Shown in pieces: positions 24,549-34,029 of a stretch of 55,468 nucleotides of DNA. Origin of the DNA: a virus (Duplodnaviria > Caudoviricetes); the IMG/VR virus record IMGVR_UViG_3300043449_000430, positions 1 to 55,468 of that record; one strand, 5' to 3'. Both the position numbers and the translations under genes were made by a program. How positions within the stretch are numbered: position 1 is the first letter of the stretch; each line of letters opens with the position of its first letter. Under the pieces are notes generated by a model. The model saw nothing but the letters and a program-made list of their open reading frames with translations. It was not told the DNA's origin and did not search any database.

Positions 24549-25551
24549 TGAGTTTTGCCTTGATTGATTCTTGCAAGTCAAGGTCCTCCCTTACACGGTT
24601 GACAAATGCTTCTTTGCCCTGAACCTTTGTGCCATCAGGAAGAATGTACCAGGCTCCTGTTCGTTCCACAATACCATTTAGTTCTGCTGTAGTAACCAGA
24701 TCACCGATGGTATCAAGACCAATATCATCACCTCTAAAATAAAAATCGTACTCACCAGATTGGAACCCTGGAGAGGTCTTAGAAAACTGTAGTTCCCATT
24801 TAATAGTTCTACCAACTTTTTCTTCAATTAATTTATCTCCCACCTTGATTTTGCCCTTAATTGCCTGATTATCTGACTCTGAAGAAAAGAGTTTAATAAT
24901 ACATGAGGAATAAAACTTAGTAGCCTGACCACCAGAAGGCTGCTGGCTAGTATACATAGCATTGATATTGTTACGAGACTGAGAAATAAGAACAAGCAAA
25001 GTTGGCTTAACTTTATTGTTTGCATAGTTAAGCATTTTCCATGCGTTACTAAAGTCACGAGATTCTGCTCCAATCTGCTTTGTATTTTCCAAAGCCTTCA
25101 TCTCATCTGTATCCTTTTCAAAATAAATTGCAGGAAGCATTGATGTAATAGAGTCTACCACAATTAAATCTACTCCAGCGTTCATTAGACCAACCCCAAC
25201 ATCCACCATGTCGCTGATTGTTCTTGCTTGTGAATAAATAAGTTTTTCTGGATCCACTCCTAAAGACCTTGCCCAGTCTTCTGAGTATGACATTTCTGAG
25301 TCAATCCAAGCACATAACTTTCCTTCGGCTTGGGCTAGAGCGATCATTTGAAGGCACATAGAGGACTTTGCAGACGACTTAGAGCCCCAGATAAGAACTT
25401 GTCTACCATACGGCAGTCCGCCCCCTAGAGCACGGTTTAACCCAAAACTTGGAGTAGGCTGATACTCGTAGTTAACCCCAACGCCACTTCCGAGTCTCTT
25501 TCTCAACTTAGGATCAAGTTGTGCTAACGCTTCTTCTATACTAACTGACAT
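24541..25551 (-). CDS. recA: RecA-family recombinase
   Basis: LNRALGGGLPYGR, variant P-loop GSKSSAKS, IDSE, VVDS, GGQATKFYSS, GAWY. Confidence 0.9.
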   Translation of the reverse strand: MSVSIEEALAQLDPKLRKRLGSGVGVNYEYQPTPSFGLNRALGGGLPYGRQVLIWGSKSSAKSSMCLQMIALAQAEGKLCAWIDSEMSYSEDWARSLGVDPEKLIYSQARTISDMVDVGVGLMNAGVDLIVVDSITSMLPAIYFEKDTDEMKALENTKQIGAESRDFSNAWKMLNYANNKVKPTLLVLISQSRNNINAMYTSQQPSGGQATKFYSSCIIKLFSSESDNQAIKGKIKVGDKLIEEKVGRTIKWELQFSKTSPGFQSGEYDFYFRGDDIGLDTIGDLVTTAELNGIVERTGAWYILPDGTKVQGKEAFVNRVREDLDLQESIKAKLNG

Positions 25552-28500
25552 GTACATCCTCCAATGTTACGGTTCCGTCTTTAGTCTTACCAAAATCAAA
25601 CTTGTAGTACTTTCCTTCTTCAATATTCATATAAGCCTTTGCAAAAGAAGTCGGGAACACTGTAATAGAGTGCAGATCTCTGCTTGTATCTGCAAGTGTA
25701 AGAGATGCCATCTTCTTTCCAGTCTTTGTAATTCTTGGCTTAAATGAAACAACGAACATCTCGTCATCCTTGTATGGAAGTTGCTTATAACTCAAGAACT
25801 TTACAAGAGCATGAGATGACTCTTTTATTTCGTCAGACGGTATGAAAGATACAATCCTGTTATCATTACAAAGAACCAGGTAAGAACGACCCGTCTCAAT
25901 AGTTGTATTTTCATCGTCAAATATACCAACACTACCAGTCTTGTCCAAAATTTCAACTCGTGACCACCCTGTTCCTCGCTTAATTGATTTTACCATACCC
26001 ATAAAAATGTAAGATCCCTTTTCTTCAAAGTCAGATATATCCTGAATGAATGCATAATAGTGAGAAGGAATAGCGATATTGAACTCTGGTAGGTTTAGAT
26101 ACTCGTAAAGATTTTCTTTAATGTCCTGATCATTTCTAGGATTATCATTAAAAGTTGCAGCACCGATTGCCCTTAGTGCTTGAAGAGCCCTAGAATTAAC
26201 CCCGTTACCCTTTGTAAAGGTAAACTCTTCAAGTTCTTTGTAGGATACGAACGGGCGAGCAGTAATATATCTTTCTGCAATCTTATCAGAGATGAACTTA
26301 ATTGCTGATAATCCAAACCGAATACCCTTGCCTTCAATTTTAAAATCAATATCCGAATCGTTAATATGTGGCAGTTTAATCGAAATGCCCATTCGCTTCG
26401 CTTCAATAAGGTATTCAGTTCTTGCATCTTTATCCTTTTCATTCTTAAGTAGTGAGTACATAAACTCTAGTGGGTAATAGTACTTTAACCATGCTGTCCA
26501 GTAGGATAGCGTTGAGTATGCTACTGCGTGTGACTTGTTAAATGAGTACCCTGCGTGAGCCTCAAAGTCATGCCAAAGATCAAGAGCAAGGTTTGGAGAG
26601 ATAAACTTTGATGCACCCTCTACAAATTTCTCTTTAAACTGATCAAACTCTTTAGCATCCTTTTTCTTTCCAATGATTTTTCTAACTTTATCTGCTTCCG
26701 ACATGGACATACCGCCAAGGTGTACGCATGCTTGCATAACTTGTTCCTGGTAAAGAATACAGCCATATGTGTCCTCCGTAAATTGTTTAAGTACTTGGTG
26801 TGTATAAGAAATGTTTTGGCGACCATGCTTACGATCAACATAGTCTTTTCCAATAGTATTCATAGCACCTGGGCGTACAAGAGCATTTGATGCTGCTAGT
26901 TCATTAAGGTTCTTTACACCCATCTTAACAAGAAGATTTGTGTATGGTGCTGCTTCACACTGGAATACGCCCTTTGTATAGCCATCCGAAAGCATCTGAT
27001 ACACGTTAGCGTCATCCATCTTGATTTTAAGAAGATCAATCTTCTTTCCATCTCGTTCCTTAATTATATCAATTGTGTTCTTAAGAACAGACAAAGTTTT
27101 AAGGCCCAACGCATCAATCTTAATCAAACCAATTCTTTCAGCCTCTTCCATGTCGACACCAACAACTGGAATTCTTTCATCAGAGCCAGTAGATGATCTT
27201 GTCTCAAGTGGAGCATATCTAAAGATTGGCTCCTTACTTGTTACTACACCTGCTGCGTGAATACCTGTACCACGAATACGACCTCTAAGTTGTTCACCGT
27301 AGACCTCTACCTCTGGATACTTCTCACGAAACTCCCGTGTTGATTTAGAGTTACAGAAGTCATCCCAAGAGTCAACAGTTTTTAGAACCTTGTTAACATC
27401 CGATAGTGGAATATTTAATACTCGTGCAACGTCTCTAACGATTCCTTTTCCTGTAAACTCAAGAAATGTAGCGATAGATGCAACATGGCGATACTGTCTA
27501 ACAAGATAGTCTTTGACTTCTTCACGACGAGTATCCTGAATATCTGTATCGATATCTGGGAAGTCGTTACGCTCTGGGTTAATAAATCGGAAGAACAAAA
27601 GGTTATGCTCAATAGGATCGATGTCCGTAATCTTTAGAGCATAACATACAAGAGACCCAGCAGAAGAACCACGTCCAGGACCAACCATGATCTCTTCCTT
27701 CTTGGCCCAGTTAATCATGTTGCTAACAACAAGGAAGTATGGAGCAAACTTCTTGTCTTTAATAATCTGCAACTCTTCTTCAAGTCTATCAAGGTATTCT
27801 TGATTTTCTGATAATCCTCGTTCTGCCAAACCTTCTAGCGCAACCTTTGCAAGTTCTTTGTCAGGACTCTTGTACTGCACTGGTAGAAGGTTTAGGCCTT
27901 CTTGAATTCCATAGTCTCCTACTGTATCTGCTAATAGCAGTGTGTTTGAGTATATGTCTGGTCTATCAATACCCTGGGCTTCCATGGCTGCTTTAATTTC
28001 TTCATATGAAAGCAGATGAATATCAAACTTATTAAAAGTAATCTGACGATCTTCGCCGTAGAGGTAGTCAAGGCGCTCCATCATTGTGCCCTTTTTCTTT
28101 GACTTTTCATACGTTGCATCTTTTACAAACTTACCGTGTGTGTTCATGAGCAACTTAAACTCTTGGACTTCCTTTTGTGATGGGTCAACATGGTGGCAGT
28201 CTGGTGTAACAACAACCTTAATGTTAAACTCGTCTGCGAGTTCAATGAGATACTTGTTTATGTGTGCTTCATTATGAGGCATTACCTCAATGTAATAGTC
28301 ATCCTCAAAGCGCTCTTTGAACCAAGAGATGTACTTCTTAGCAAGAGCAAACTCTTCTTCTTCTAATGCCTTTACAAGCACACTACTTGGACAAGCAGAA
28401 GTAACAATAATTCCTTCTTTATACTTTTCAAGAATTGTAAAGTCAAACCTTGGTTTCTTAAAAAACCCATCTGTCCAAGACAGTTCACTAATCTTATTAA

Positions 28501-28816
28501 GGTTTTCTAAGCCAATTTGATTCTTGGCTAGAAGGATAATGTGGTTATAGACAAGATCTTGCTGACCTTCTCTTTCAGACTTATCTCGTGTATCAGATAT
28601 GTCTGCACACATGTATCCTTCTAGACCTAGAATTGGCTTAATGCCCTTTGCTTTTGCAATACGGTGCAGTTCCCTATGCCCAGATAAAGTACCGTGGTCA
28701 GTGATGGCTATTGCAGGCATCCCTAACTCAACTGCACGGTCAACGTATTCTTCTGGAGTAGCAATCCCATCAAATAAACTAAAATGGGTATGGACATGTA
28801 AGCCGACGTAGTTCAT
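25541..28816 (-). CDS. dnaE: DNA polymerase III alpha subunit (family C) with PHP domain
   Basis: HVHTHFSLFDG, TDHG, GRGSSAGSLV, PDIDTD, HAAG, KIDALGL, YQEQVM, FNKSHA. Confidence 0.97.
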   Translation of the reverse strand: MNYVGLHVHTHFSLFDGIATPEEYVDRAVELGMPAIAITDHGTLSGHRELHRIAKAKGIKPILGLEGYMCADISDTRDKSEREGQQDLVYNHIILLAKNQIGLENLNKISELSWTDGFFKKPRFDFTILEKYKEGIIVTSACPSSVLVKALEEEEFALAKKYISWFKERFEDDYYIEVMPHNEAHINKYLIELADEFNIKVVVTPDCHHVDPSQKEVQEFKLLMNTHGKFVKDATYEKSKKKGTMMERLDYLYGEDRQITFNKFDIHLLSYEEIKAAMEAQGIDRPDIYSNTLLLADTVGDYGIQEGLNLLPVQYKSPDKELAKVALEGLAERGLSENQEYLDRLEEELQIIKDKKFAPYFLVVSNMINWAKKEEIMVGPGRGSSAGSLVCYALKITDIDPIEHNLLFFRFINPERNDFPDIDTDIQDTRREEVKDYLVRQYRHVASIATFLEFTGKGIVRDVARVLNIPLSDVNKVLKTVDSWDDFCNSKSTREFREKYPEVEVYGEQLRGRIRGTGIHAAGVVTSKEPIFRYAPLETRSSTGSDERIPVVGVDMEEAERIGLIKIDALGLKTLSVLKNTIDIIKERDGKKIDLLKIKMDDANVYQMLSDGYTKGVFQCEAAPYTNLLVKMGVKNLNELAASNALVRPGAMNTIGKDYVDRKHGRQNISYTHQVLKQFTEDTYGCILYQEQVMQACVHLGGMSMSEADKVRKIIGKKKDAKEFDQFKEKFVEGASKFISPNLALDLWHDFEAHAGYSFNKSHAVAYSTLSYWTAWLKYYYPLEFMYSLLKNEKDKDARTEYLIEAKRMGISIKLPHINDSDIDFKIEGKGIRFGLSAIKFISDKIAERYITARPFVSYKELEEFTFTKGNGVNSRALQALRAIGAATFNDNPRNDQDIKENLYEYLNLPEFNIAIPSHYYAFIQDISDFEEKGSYIFMGMVKSIKRGTGWSRVEILDKTGSVGIFDDENTTIETGRSYLVLCNDNRIVSFIPSDEIKESSHALVKFLSYKQLPYKDDEMFVVSFKPRITKTGKKMASLTLADTSRDLHSITVFPTSFAKAYMNIEEGKYYKFDFGKTKDGTVTLEDVHVS

Positions 28817-28817
28817 A

Positions 28818-29474
28818 TTACCAATCTGCGTTGGTAGATGAAGTTACAGATGGACCATCAAAGCCCAAATAGTATGCTTCTTGCTCGGCATAAGGAATCT
28901 TCTTAAGTGCTGACTCAAGAGGATAAGGCTCAATGTCCTTCCAATCAAATGGTTCCTTGTCTGGTGCAGATGGAATAAGTGTGTAATTAGTTTCAGTTCC
29001 CTGACCATTACGCTTTAACTTCCATAGTACATTTGAGATGCTTCCTGTTTCAAGAGCATACTCACGAATTGTATTGAATGATGACTGCTTGCTGATACCC
29101 ATTGACCAGATTGCAACATATGGTGCTTCGATACCATCGTCAACTAGGACATTACAATAGAAGCGAAGACGGCCACGCCATCCAGCCTTTGGATCCTTAC
29201 GGTGCATTTCTTCAGCCCAGTCACGGCCTTCTGTGTCCATTGTGTCTACAGCCTTGCGCTTGTAGTCCTTTGGGTTTACGTGTTCCTTAACAACAAGTGC
29301 TAGGCCACGCTTTTCATTGTAGTTTGCAGAATCCTCATCGAGTTCTTCGATGAATCGAATCTTTACAGACTGACCATCTGCAAGTTTGAGCCACTTTACC
29401 TTTGGCCCGTCGTTTTCATACTTTGGCTTGTCGAGCAGGGCATTAATGTTTTTGAGTCCCTTTACTACGCTCAT
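28818..29474 (-). CDS. Phage single-stranded DNA-binding protein (gp32-like)
   Basis: WLKLADGQSVKIRF, KRNGQGTETNY; lies between primase and polymerase. Confidence 0.65.
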   Translation of the reverse strand: MSVVKGLKNINALLDKPKYENDGPKVKWLKLADGQSVKIRFIEELDEDSANYNEKRGLALVVKEHVNPKDYKRKAVDTMDTEGRDWAEEMHRKDPKAGWRGRLRFYCNVLVDDGIEAPYVAIWSMGISKQSSFNTIREYALETGSISNVLWKLKRNGQGTETNYTLIPSAPDKEPFDWKDIEPYPLESALKKIPYAEQEAYYLGFDGPSVTSSTNADW

Positions 29475-29497
29475 ATTATTCTCCTTTGGTTGTTATA

Positions 29498-30442
29498 TTA
29501 GTTTAGCATAAGAGATATTGATTTGTCAAACTGAAACTCCAGACCTGCAAGTTCTTCATCTGGCATATCGCCTATGTCTTTGTATTTTTTATTTAGTTCG
29601 ATAACAGAAACACGACTAGAAAGTTTTTCGACTATTCTATCTTTCATGTTTCTTCCTGCCTCATCATTATCAGCAATAACAATAATGTTATTGAAATACT
29701 TTTGAAACAATTCTATTTGTGTACTTGATACATTTGCACCAAGTGTTGCTACTGCTGGAAGTCCAACTTGATCTAATCTAATAGCATCAAATGATGACTC
29801 CACTACATATACTCTATCATATTTCTTTACACGGTGCAAGTTAAACAGTGTCTTACTTTTTGGAAGACCTGGAGTATTTTTAAAATCTTTACCCTCAATA
29901 GATCTTCCAACAAAGCCCAGTGGGATTCCGTCAGGACTATGAACTGGTACAGTAACCATGTCCTGTTTTTCTGAGTACCCTAAAGAAAACTTTATACATG
30001 AAGATTTTTCTATTTTTCTATATGTGAAATAGTTTCTTGCTCTTTCAGAAGCAACCAAGTTATTGTGCAACCTTTTGATAATTAGTTCGTCAAAAGTCTT
30101 ATACTGTTCTTCTTTTACAAGAACCCTATCAATTTCTGTGGTAAGGTTAGTTAACTTTTCCTTGCTCTTAATAAATCTAGCAGACTCAAAATATGTTCTA
30201 CCAGATGTGTGCATAACTAGTTCTAACAGGTCTGCAGATTTTTGACATGAGAAACAAAAGAACATCCCGCTATCTTTTTGAACTTCTCCTGCTGGTGTTC
30301 TGTGGTTATTATGAAATGGACAAAAGATCATGAAGTCTGCATCAAGTTCAGACTCTATTGTTATACCCGATCCTGTAAGGACTCGCTTGACTTGCTCTGC
30401 GGAATAAGTATTGGATTGGTTCCGTCTATTCCTGCTATCCAT
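29498..30442 (-). CDS. dnaG: DNA primase (CHC2 Zn finger plus TOPRIM)
   Basis: CPFH...CFSC, VESSFDA, DNDEAG, KDIGD. Confidence 0.9.
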   Translation of the reverse strand: MDSRNRRNQSNTYSAEQVKRVLTGSGITIESELDADFMIFCPFHNNHRTPAGEVQKDSGMFFCFSCQKSADLLELVMHTSGRTYFESARFIKSKEKLTNLTTEIDRVLVKEEQYKTFDELIIKRLHNNLVASERARNYFTYRKIEKSSCIKFSLGYSEKQDMVTVPVHSPDGIPLGFVGRSIEGKDFKNTPGLPKSKTLFNLHRVKKYDRVYVVESSFDAIRLDQVGLPAVATLGANVSSTQIELFQKYFNNIIVIADNDEAGRNMKDRIVEKLSSRVSVIELNKKYKDIGDMPDEELAGLEFQFDKSISLMLN

Positions 30443-30711
30443 TCGCTTTTCCTTTTCCCCGTATATACTGCCTGTACTGATAATTTAAATTCAAAAAAGT
30501 TCTTTGTACTATTATACCTTATCGTGAAGTCTGGGTCAAGATCAATTCTTGGAACATACCCACTTAACTTCATTTCTGATATCAATAACCTTATATATTC
30601 TTCTCTAAGTCGTCCGATCATTGAGTCGTCATGGATTATGCCATCGATATAAAACCTTTTAATGGTCTTATGATGGTATGAATCATTAGTGCTGACACTC
30701 TTTTTTGACAT
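30361..30711 (-). CDS. Hypothetical protein
   Basis: 116-aa ORF between helicase and primase. Confidence 0.6.
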   Translation of the reverse strand: MSKKSVSTNDSYHHKTIKRFYIDGIIHDDSMIGRLREEYIRLLISEMKLSGYVPRIDLDPDFTIRYNSTKNFFEFKLSVQAVYTGKRKSEWIAGIDGTNPILIPQSKSSESLQDRV

Positions 30712-30723
30712 ACCATATTATAA

Positions 30724-31944
30724 CTACTTATCTTCAAAGTCTTTATAACGATAGTATCCCTTGTCAAAGTCACACTGCACTAAGAAGTCTCCCATAAACC
30801 CATTACGGTTCTTTCTAAAAGCACACTCGATAATGTCACTATTTGTTCCACGGCCCAATGCAAGAACCCAGTCTGCATCGTAGGCAATCTGTCTAGACCA
30901 GGCTGTTTGACCCAGTGTAGGGACCGTAGACAGGTCATTAACATCATCTGGTGTAGCAGATGAGATAGCAATGATAGGGACTTCTTCACCAATAGCCATG
31001 AGTTTAAGTTCTCGTGAAAGGTTCTTCATTCGTACCGTTTCGTTATCTGACTTCTGATTAGGAGCCATCAACTGTAGGTAGTCAACGATTACAAAGTCTG
31101 GCTTGTACTGGTCAATCTTTCCACGTAGAACTGATGGGTTGATTTCTCCACCGCTATCGTTAGAAATGATATGGAACTCAGGCTTGCCTGCAAGGTTCTT
31201 TGCATGCCAATCCTTAAGCATATCAATTTCGATCTCACCATTACTAATCTTTCTGTGTGACCATCTGCCCTCACCCATAATAGTAAATATTCGATTACGG
31301 ACTTCTGTCTCACTCATTTCAAGAGAAATAACCATCGGAGACTTTCCCTGCTTCCATGCCTGAACTGCAAAGTACAGTGCAAGCCAAGACTTTCCAATTC
31401 CAGGATAAGCAAGAAATACTCCAAGTTGCCCTGGCATAATTCCAGAAGGAAGGTAATTGTCAAAACCTGGCAGACCTGTTTTAATGCCAGAGAGTCCTAG
31501 AGCCTGCTGCTTCTTAACATTCTCAAAGTATGCAATGGCAGACTCAAGATCTGTAACATCAATATCACGGATTGCAGCAGTATTTTTCTTTAACTCAGAA
31601 GTCTTTGTAATTAGTTCATTTAAGGCGCCAGTTCCATTATTATTCTGAATCTCAGATGCTGCTGATCTAATGATATCTTTTAGACTGTCTGTTAGATATT
31701 CTCCCTGAAGTTCTTCAAGATGGTGCTTGGTCGCACCAACACCCTGCACTGGTTCAAAGTCCCTGAACTTTTCAGTAATAAGTTCTGCTGGAGGAAGAAC
31801 TGAGTTGTTCTCAAAATATAGCCTAACAAAATTCCAGATGTCTCCGTGAGTTCTTAGCAAGCCGTCTACGTTTGCCTGAAGAAGAACATGGATCTGTTTA
31901 TCTTTCAAAACAGCCGTAAGTAGTTTTGCCTCTGTATTATTCAC
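30724..31944 (-). CDS. dnaB: Replicative DNA helicase
   Basis: AYPGIGKS, SLEMS, VDYLQLM, YDAD, KNRNG. Confidence 0.93.
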   Translation of the reverse strand: MNNTEAKLLTAVLKDKQIHVLLQANVDGLLRTHGDIWNFVRLYFENNSVLPPAELITEKFRDFEPVQGVGATKHHLEELQGEYLTDSLKDIIRSAASEIQNNNGTGALNELITKTSELKKNTAAIRDIDVTDLESAIAYFENVKKQQALGLSGIKTGLPGFDNYLPSGIMPGQLGVFLAYPGIGKSWLALYFAVQAWKQGKSPMVISLEMSETEVRNRIFTIMGEGRWSHRKISNGEIEIDMLKDWHAKNLAGKPEFHIISNDSGGEINPSVLRGKIDQYKPDFVIVDYLQLMAPNQKSDNETVRMKNLSRELKLMAIGEEVPIIAISSATPDDVNDLSTVPTLGQTAWSRQIAYDADWVLALGRGTNSDIIECAFRKNRNGFMGDFLVQCDFDKGYYRYKDFEDK

Positions 31945-32245
31945 TTAGCCACTCCTTTGCCATTCGTCTACGCTCTGCTCTCTCTGAATCATCTTTAAGT
32001 TTGTCTTTTTGTGCCTGCAATATTTTTTCTGCATTGTATGCAAAATAATTCCACGAAGGGTTTTCTGCAACTGAAAAGTAATACTCAAGTATATCGTAAC
32101 ATCCTGGCAATGTGTATGACTCAACAAGAGCATCAGATGCCCACTGCTCTACATTAAGATTTAGGGATGGCTTTGATTCGTACCTTACGGTATGATACTT
32201 GCTGTATCTTGAAAGCAAAGCCATACGGTCTTTGCGTTCTGCCAT
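31937..32245 (-). CDS. Hypothetical protein
   Basis: 102-aa ORF upstream of the helicase. Confidence 0.65.
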   Translation of the reverse strand: MAERKDRMALLSRYSKYHTVRYESKPSLNLNVEQWASDALVESYTLPGCYDILEYYFSVAENPSWNYFAYNAEKILQAQKDKLKDDSERAERRRMAKEWLSE

Positions 32246-32454
32246 TACTTCTCTTCAGCCTCGCTTTGGGCTTCTAGAATCTTTGCGGTGAGTTTGTCTT
32301 CAACAAACTTGTAGACTCTTTCAAAAGCCTGATCTGCAGTTTCTCCATTGCGCCTTGAGTCAACAATTCCGAGATCGAGTCTTAGTGATTGAAAGTTTCC
32401 TAGGTTAAGTGTGTATCCAAGTGTAACAGATACCTTTGTGTCTTCGTTTTCCAT
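32245..32454 (-). CDS. Hypothetical protein (TLNLGNFQSLR motif)
   Basis: Start moved to MENEDT. Confidence 0.65.
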   Translation of the reverse strand: MENEDTKVSVTLGYTLNLGNFQSLRLDLGIVDSRRNGETADQAFERVYKFVEDKLTAKILEAQSEAEEK

Positions 32455-32467
32455 TTTATACCCTTCG

Positions 32468-33010
32468 TTAAATAGATTCATTCCAGATTGGAATAAATCG
32501 CCCATCTTCTGTTCTCCTATATGTAAGTATACCATCGCCCATTCTTCGTGTCAACTCTTGTTTGCTGGGCGTAATATCATTAGTAATTAACTTATCTTTT
32601 CTTGGTCTACCAATATGGTATGAAGCAAGTATATCACGAATCTCTCTAACTTGCGATTCAGAATAGTATGACCTTACCTGAAATCCTCTAGCCCCGCCTT
32701 TTTGAGATCCAGTTGGGAATGGAATCACCCCACGCTTCATTAAGTCTGGCAAATATTTTTTGTGACGATTAACTAATTCAGCAGTCTGGCCAACTGTGTA
32801 TGCTCGTTCTCTTTTGTTTTTAAAATCACTAATTAAACAACTCTCAATCTGATCCTTTATAATATTATAAACAGACATTATTCCGTTAGAGTGGTTATAG
32901 TGATGTATTCTAACAAGATCCCCATTAAGAAACCAAACCTTTTTGTTACCTGGTATTACAGGTGACTCATTGTATTTTTCGCTCTCGATTGTTCCCTTTT
33001 TAGCAACCAT
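32468..33010 (-). CDS. DNA-binding protein with MerR-like HTH
   Basis: YTVGQTAELVNR...KRGVIP...RSYYSESQV. Confidence 0.6.
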   Translation of the reverse strand: MVAKKGTIESEKYNESPVIPGNKKVWFLNGDLVRIHHYNHSNGIMSVYNIIKDQIESCLISDFKNKRERAYTVGQTAELVNRHKKYLPDLMKRGVIPFPTGSQKGGARGFQVRSYYSESQVREIRDILASYHIGRPRKDKLITNDITPSKQELTRRMGDGILTYRRTEDGRFIPIWNESI

Positions 33011-33147
33011 CGTCCCTCCAAGGTGTGGCTAGGTGGATGAAAGAATACTCTAAATCCACAACTCATACAATAAACTTCTAAATGGTTAATCTCAGTATAC
33101 TGTCTATCTACGAACATTCTACCTTTGCATTTTTTACAAGACATCAT
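32956..33147 (-). CDS. Small zinc-ribbon protein
   Basis: CKKC.GRMF.D...YCMSCG. Confidence 0.65.
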   Translation of the reverse strand: MMSCKKCKGRMFVDRQYTEINHLEVYCMSCGFRVFFHPPSHTLEGRWLLKREQSRAKNTMSHL

Positions 33148-33590
33148 TAGTTAGGTATTCCAACTATGATCAGGTTAATACCAATACTTGTATCTCCACC
33201 AGCGTTGAACTTTACGGTTCCCTCTACTTGAGAAGTTGATATGCTATTAATTGTTACAGTTACATCTTTTCCAGCATCTGTGCTTCCAATGTTAATTGGT
33301 GTTGCAGTAACCACTGGGGCAAACTTAAAGTCTGTTCCAAATGGATAAGAAAAAGTTTTAGATGACCCTGCAGTCTGTGTTGTGCTTGTTGTCACCTGAA
33401 CATACCCACCGATTATACGGGCTTCTGAGGCTTTTACGCTTTGCTTTCCAGATGTCGGCGTATCGACTGTCACATATTTGTATGTTGACGGAGATATCTG
33501 GGTAGACAAATCATTAATAGCCTTAACAATCTGATAGATATAAGTTACGTCTAGCGGTTGCCCTCTTTCGGGCACAGGTAAAATAGCCAT
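33147..33590 (-). CDS. Putative tail-associated protein
   Basis: F..APVVTAT beta-rich motif, end of the tail cluster. Confidence 0.5.
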   Translation of the reverse strand: MAILPVPERGQPLDVTYIYQIVKAINDLSTQISPSTYKYVTVDTPTSGKQSVKASEARIIGGYVQVTTSTTQTAGSSKTFSYPFGTDFKFAPVVTATPINIGSTDAGKDVTVTINSISTSQVEGTVKFNAGGDTSIGINLIIVGIPN

Positions 33591-33597
33591 AATACAA

Positions 33598-34029
33598 TTA
33601 TACCAGAGACCTGACTTCAGAATCGTAAACCTGTAGAGAGGTGTTAACTACTGGATTTATTGATGCTAACTGGACTAAGACTCTAACGGAAGATGTCCCA
33701 GTTTTTAAAAATGAATAACTGGTACCAGTAGCAATACCAACATTTGAATACGCCCCACCATCAAATGAAGCAAAGACGTCATACATTTCTTGCGTAGAAG
33801 TTCTTGATCCTTTAGACCAGTTTACAAGAATTGTGTTGCCAACAACATTTAAATCACCTGGCAAAACCTGAACTGCTTCTGAGTCAACCAAAAATATTTG
33901 TGACCAGGCAGACTTTCTATTCTTATCTTCTGATACCAGTCTAAACCTTGCGACTCTACCATTTTCTGATGTTACCTTTCCGAGCAACTCTTTCTTAACA
34001 ATAATATTTTTTATTCCTGCGTCAGCCAT
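33598..34029 (-). CDS. Putative minor tail protein (FN3-like)
   Basis: NRKSAWS, beta-rich; tail cluster. Confidence 0.5.
   Translation of the reverse strand: MADAGIKNIIVKKELLGKVTSENGRVARFRLVSEDKNRKSAWSQIFLVDSEAVQVLPGDLNVVGNTILVNWSKGSRTSTQEMYDVFASFDGGAYSNVGIATGTSYSFLKTGTSSVRVLVQLASINPVVNTSLQVYDSEVRSLV

Noticed and set aside
18567-31944. Inteins or introns in terL, recA, dnaE or dnaB
   Set aside because: Frames are continuous, lengths are ordinary, and no intein splice-junction or homing endonuclease motifs were seen
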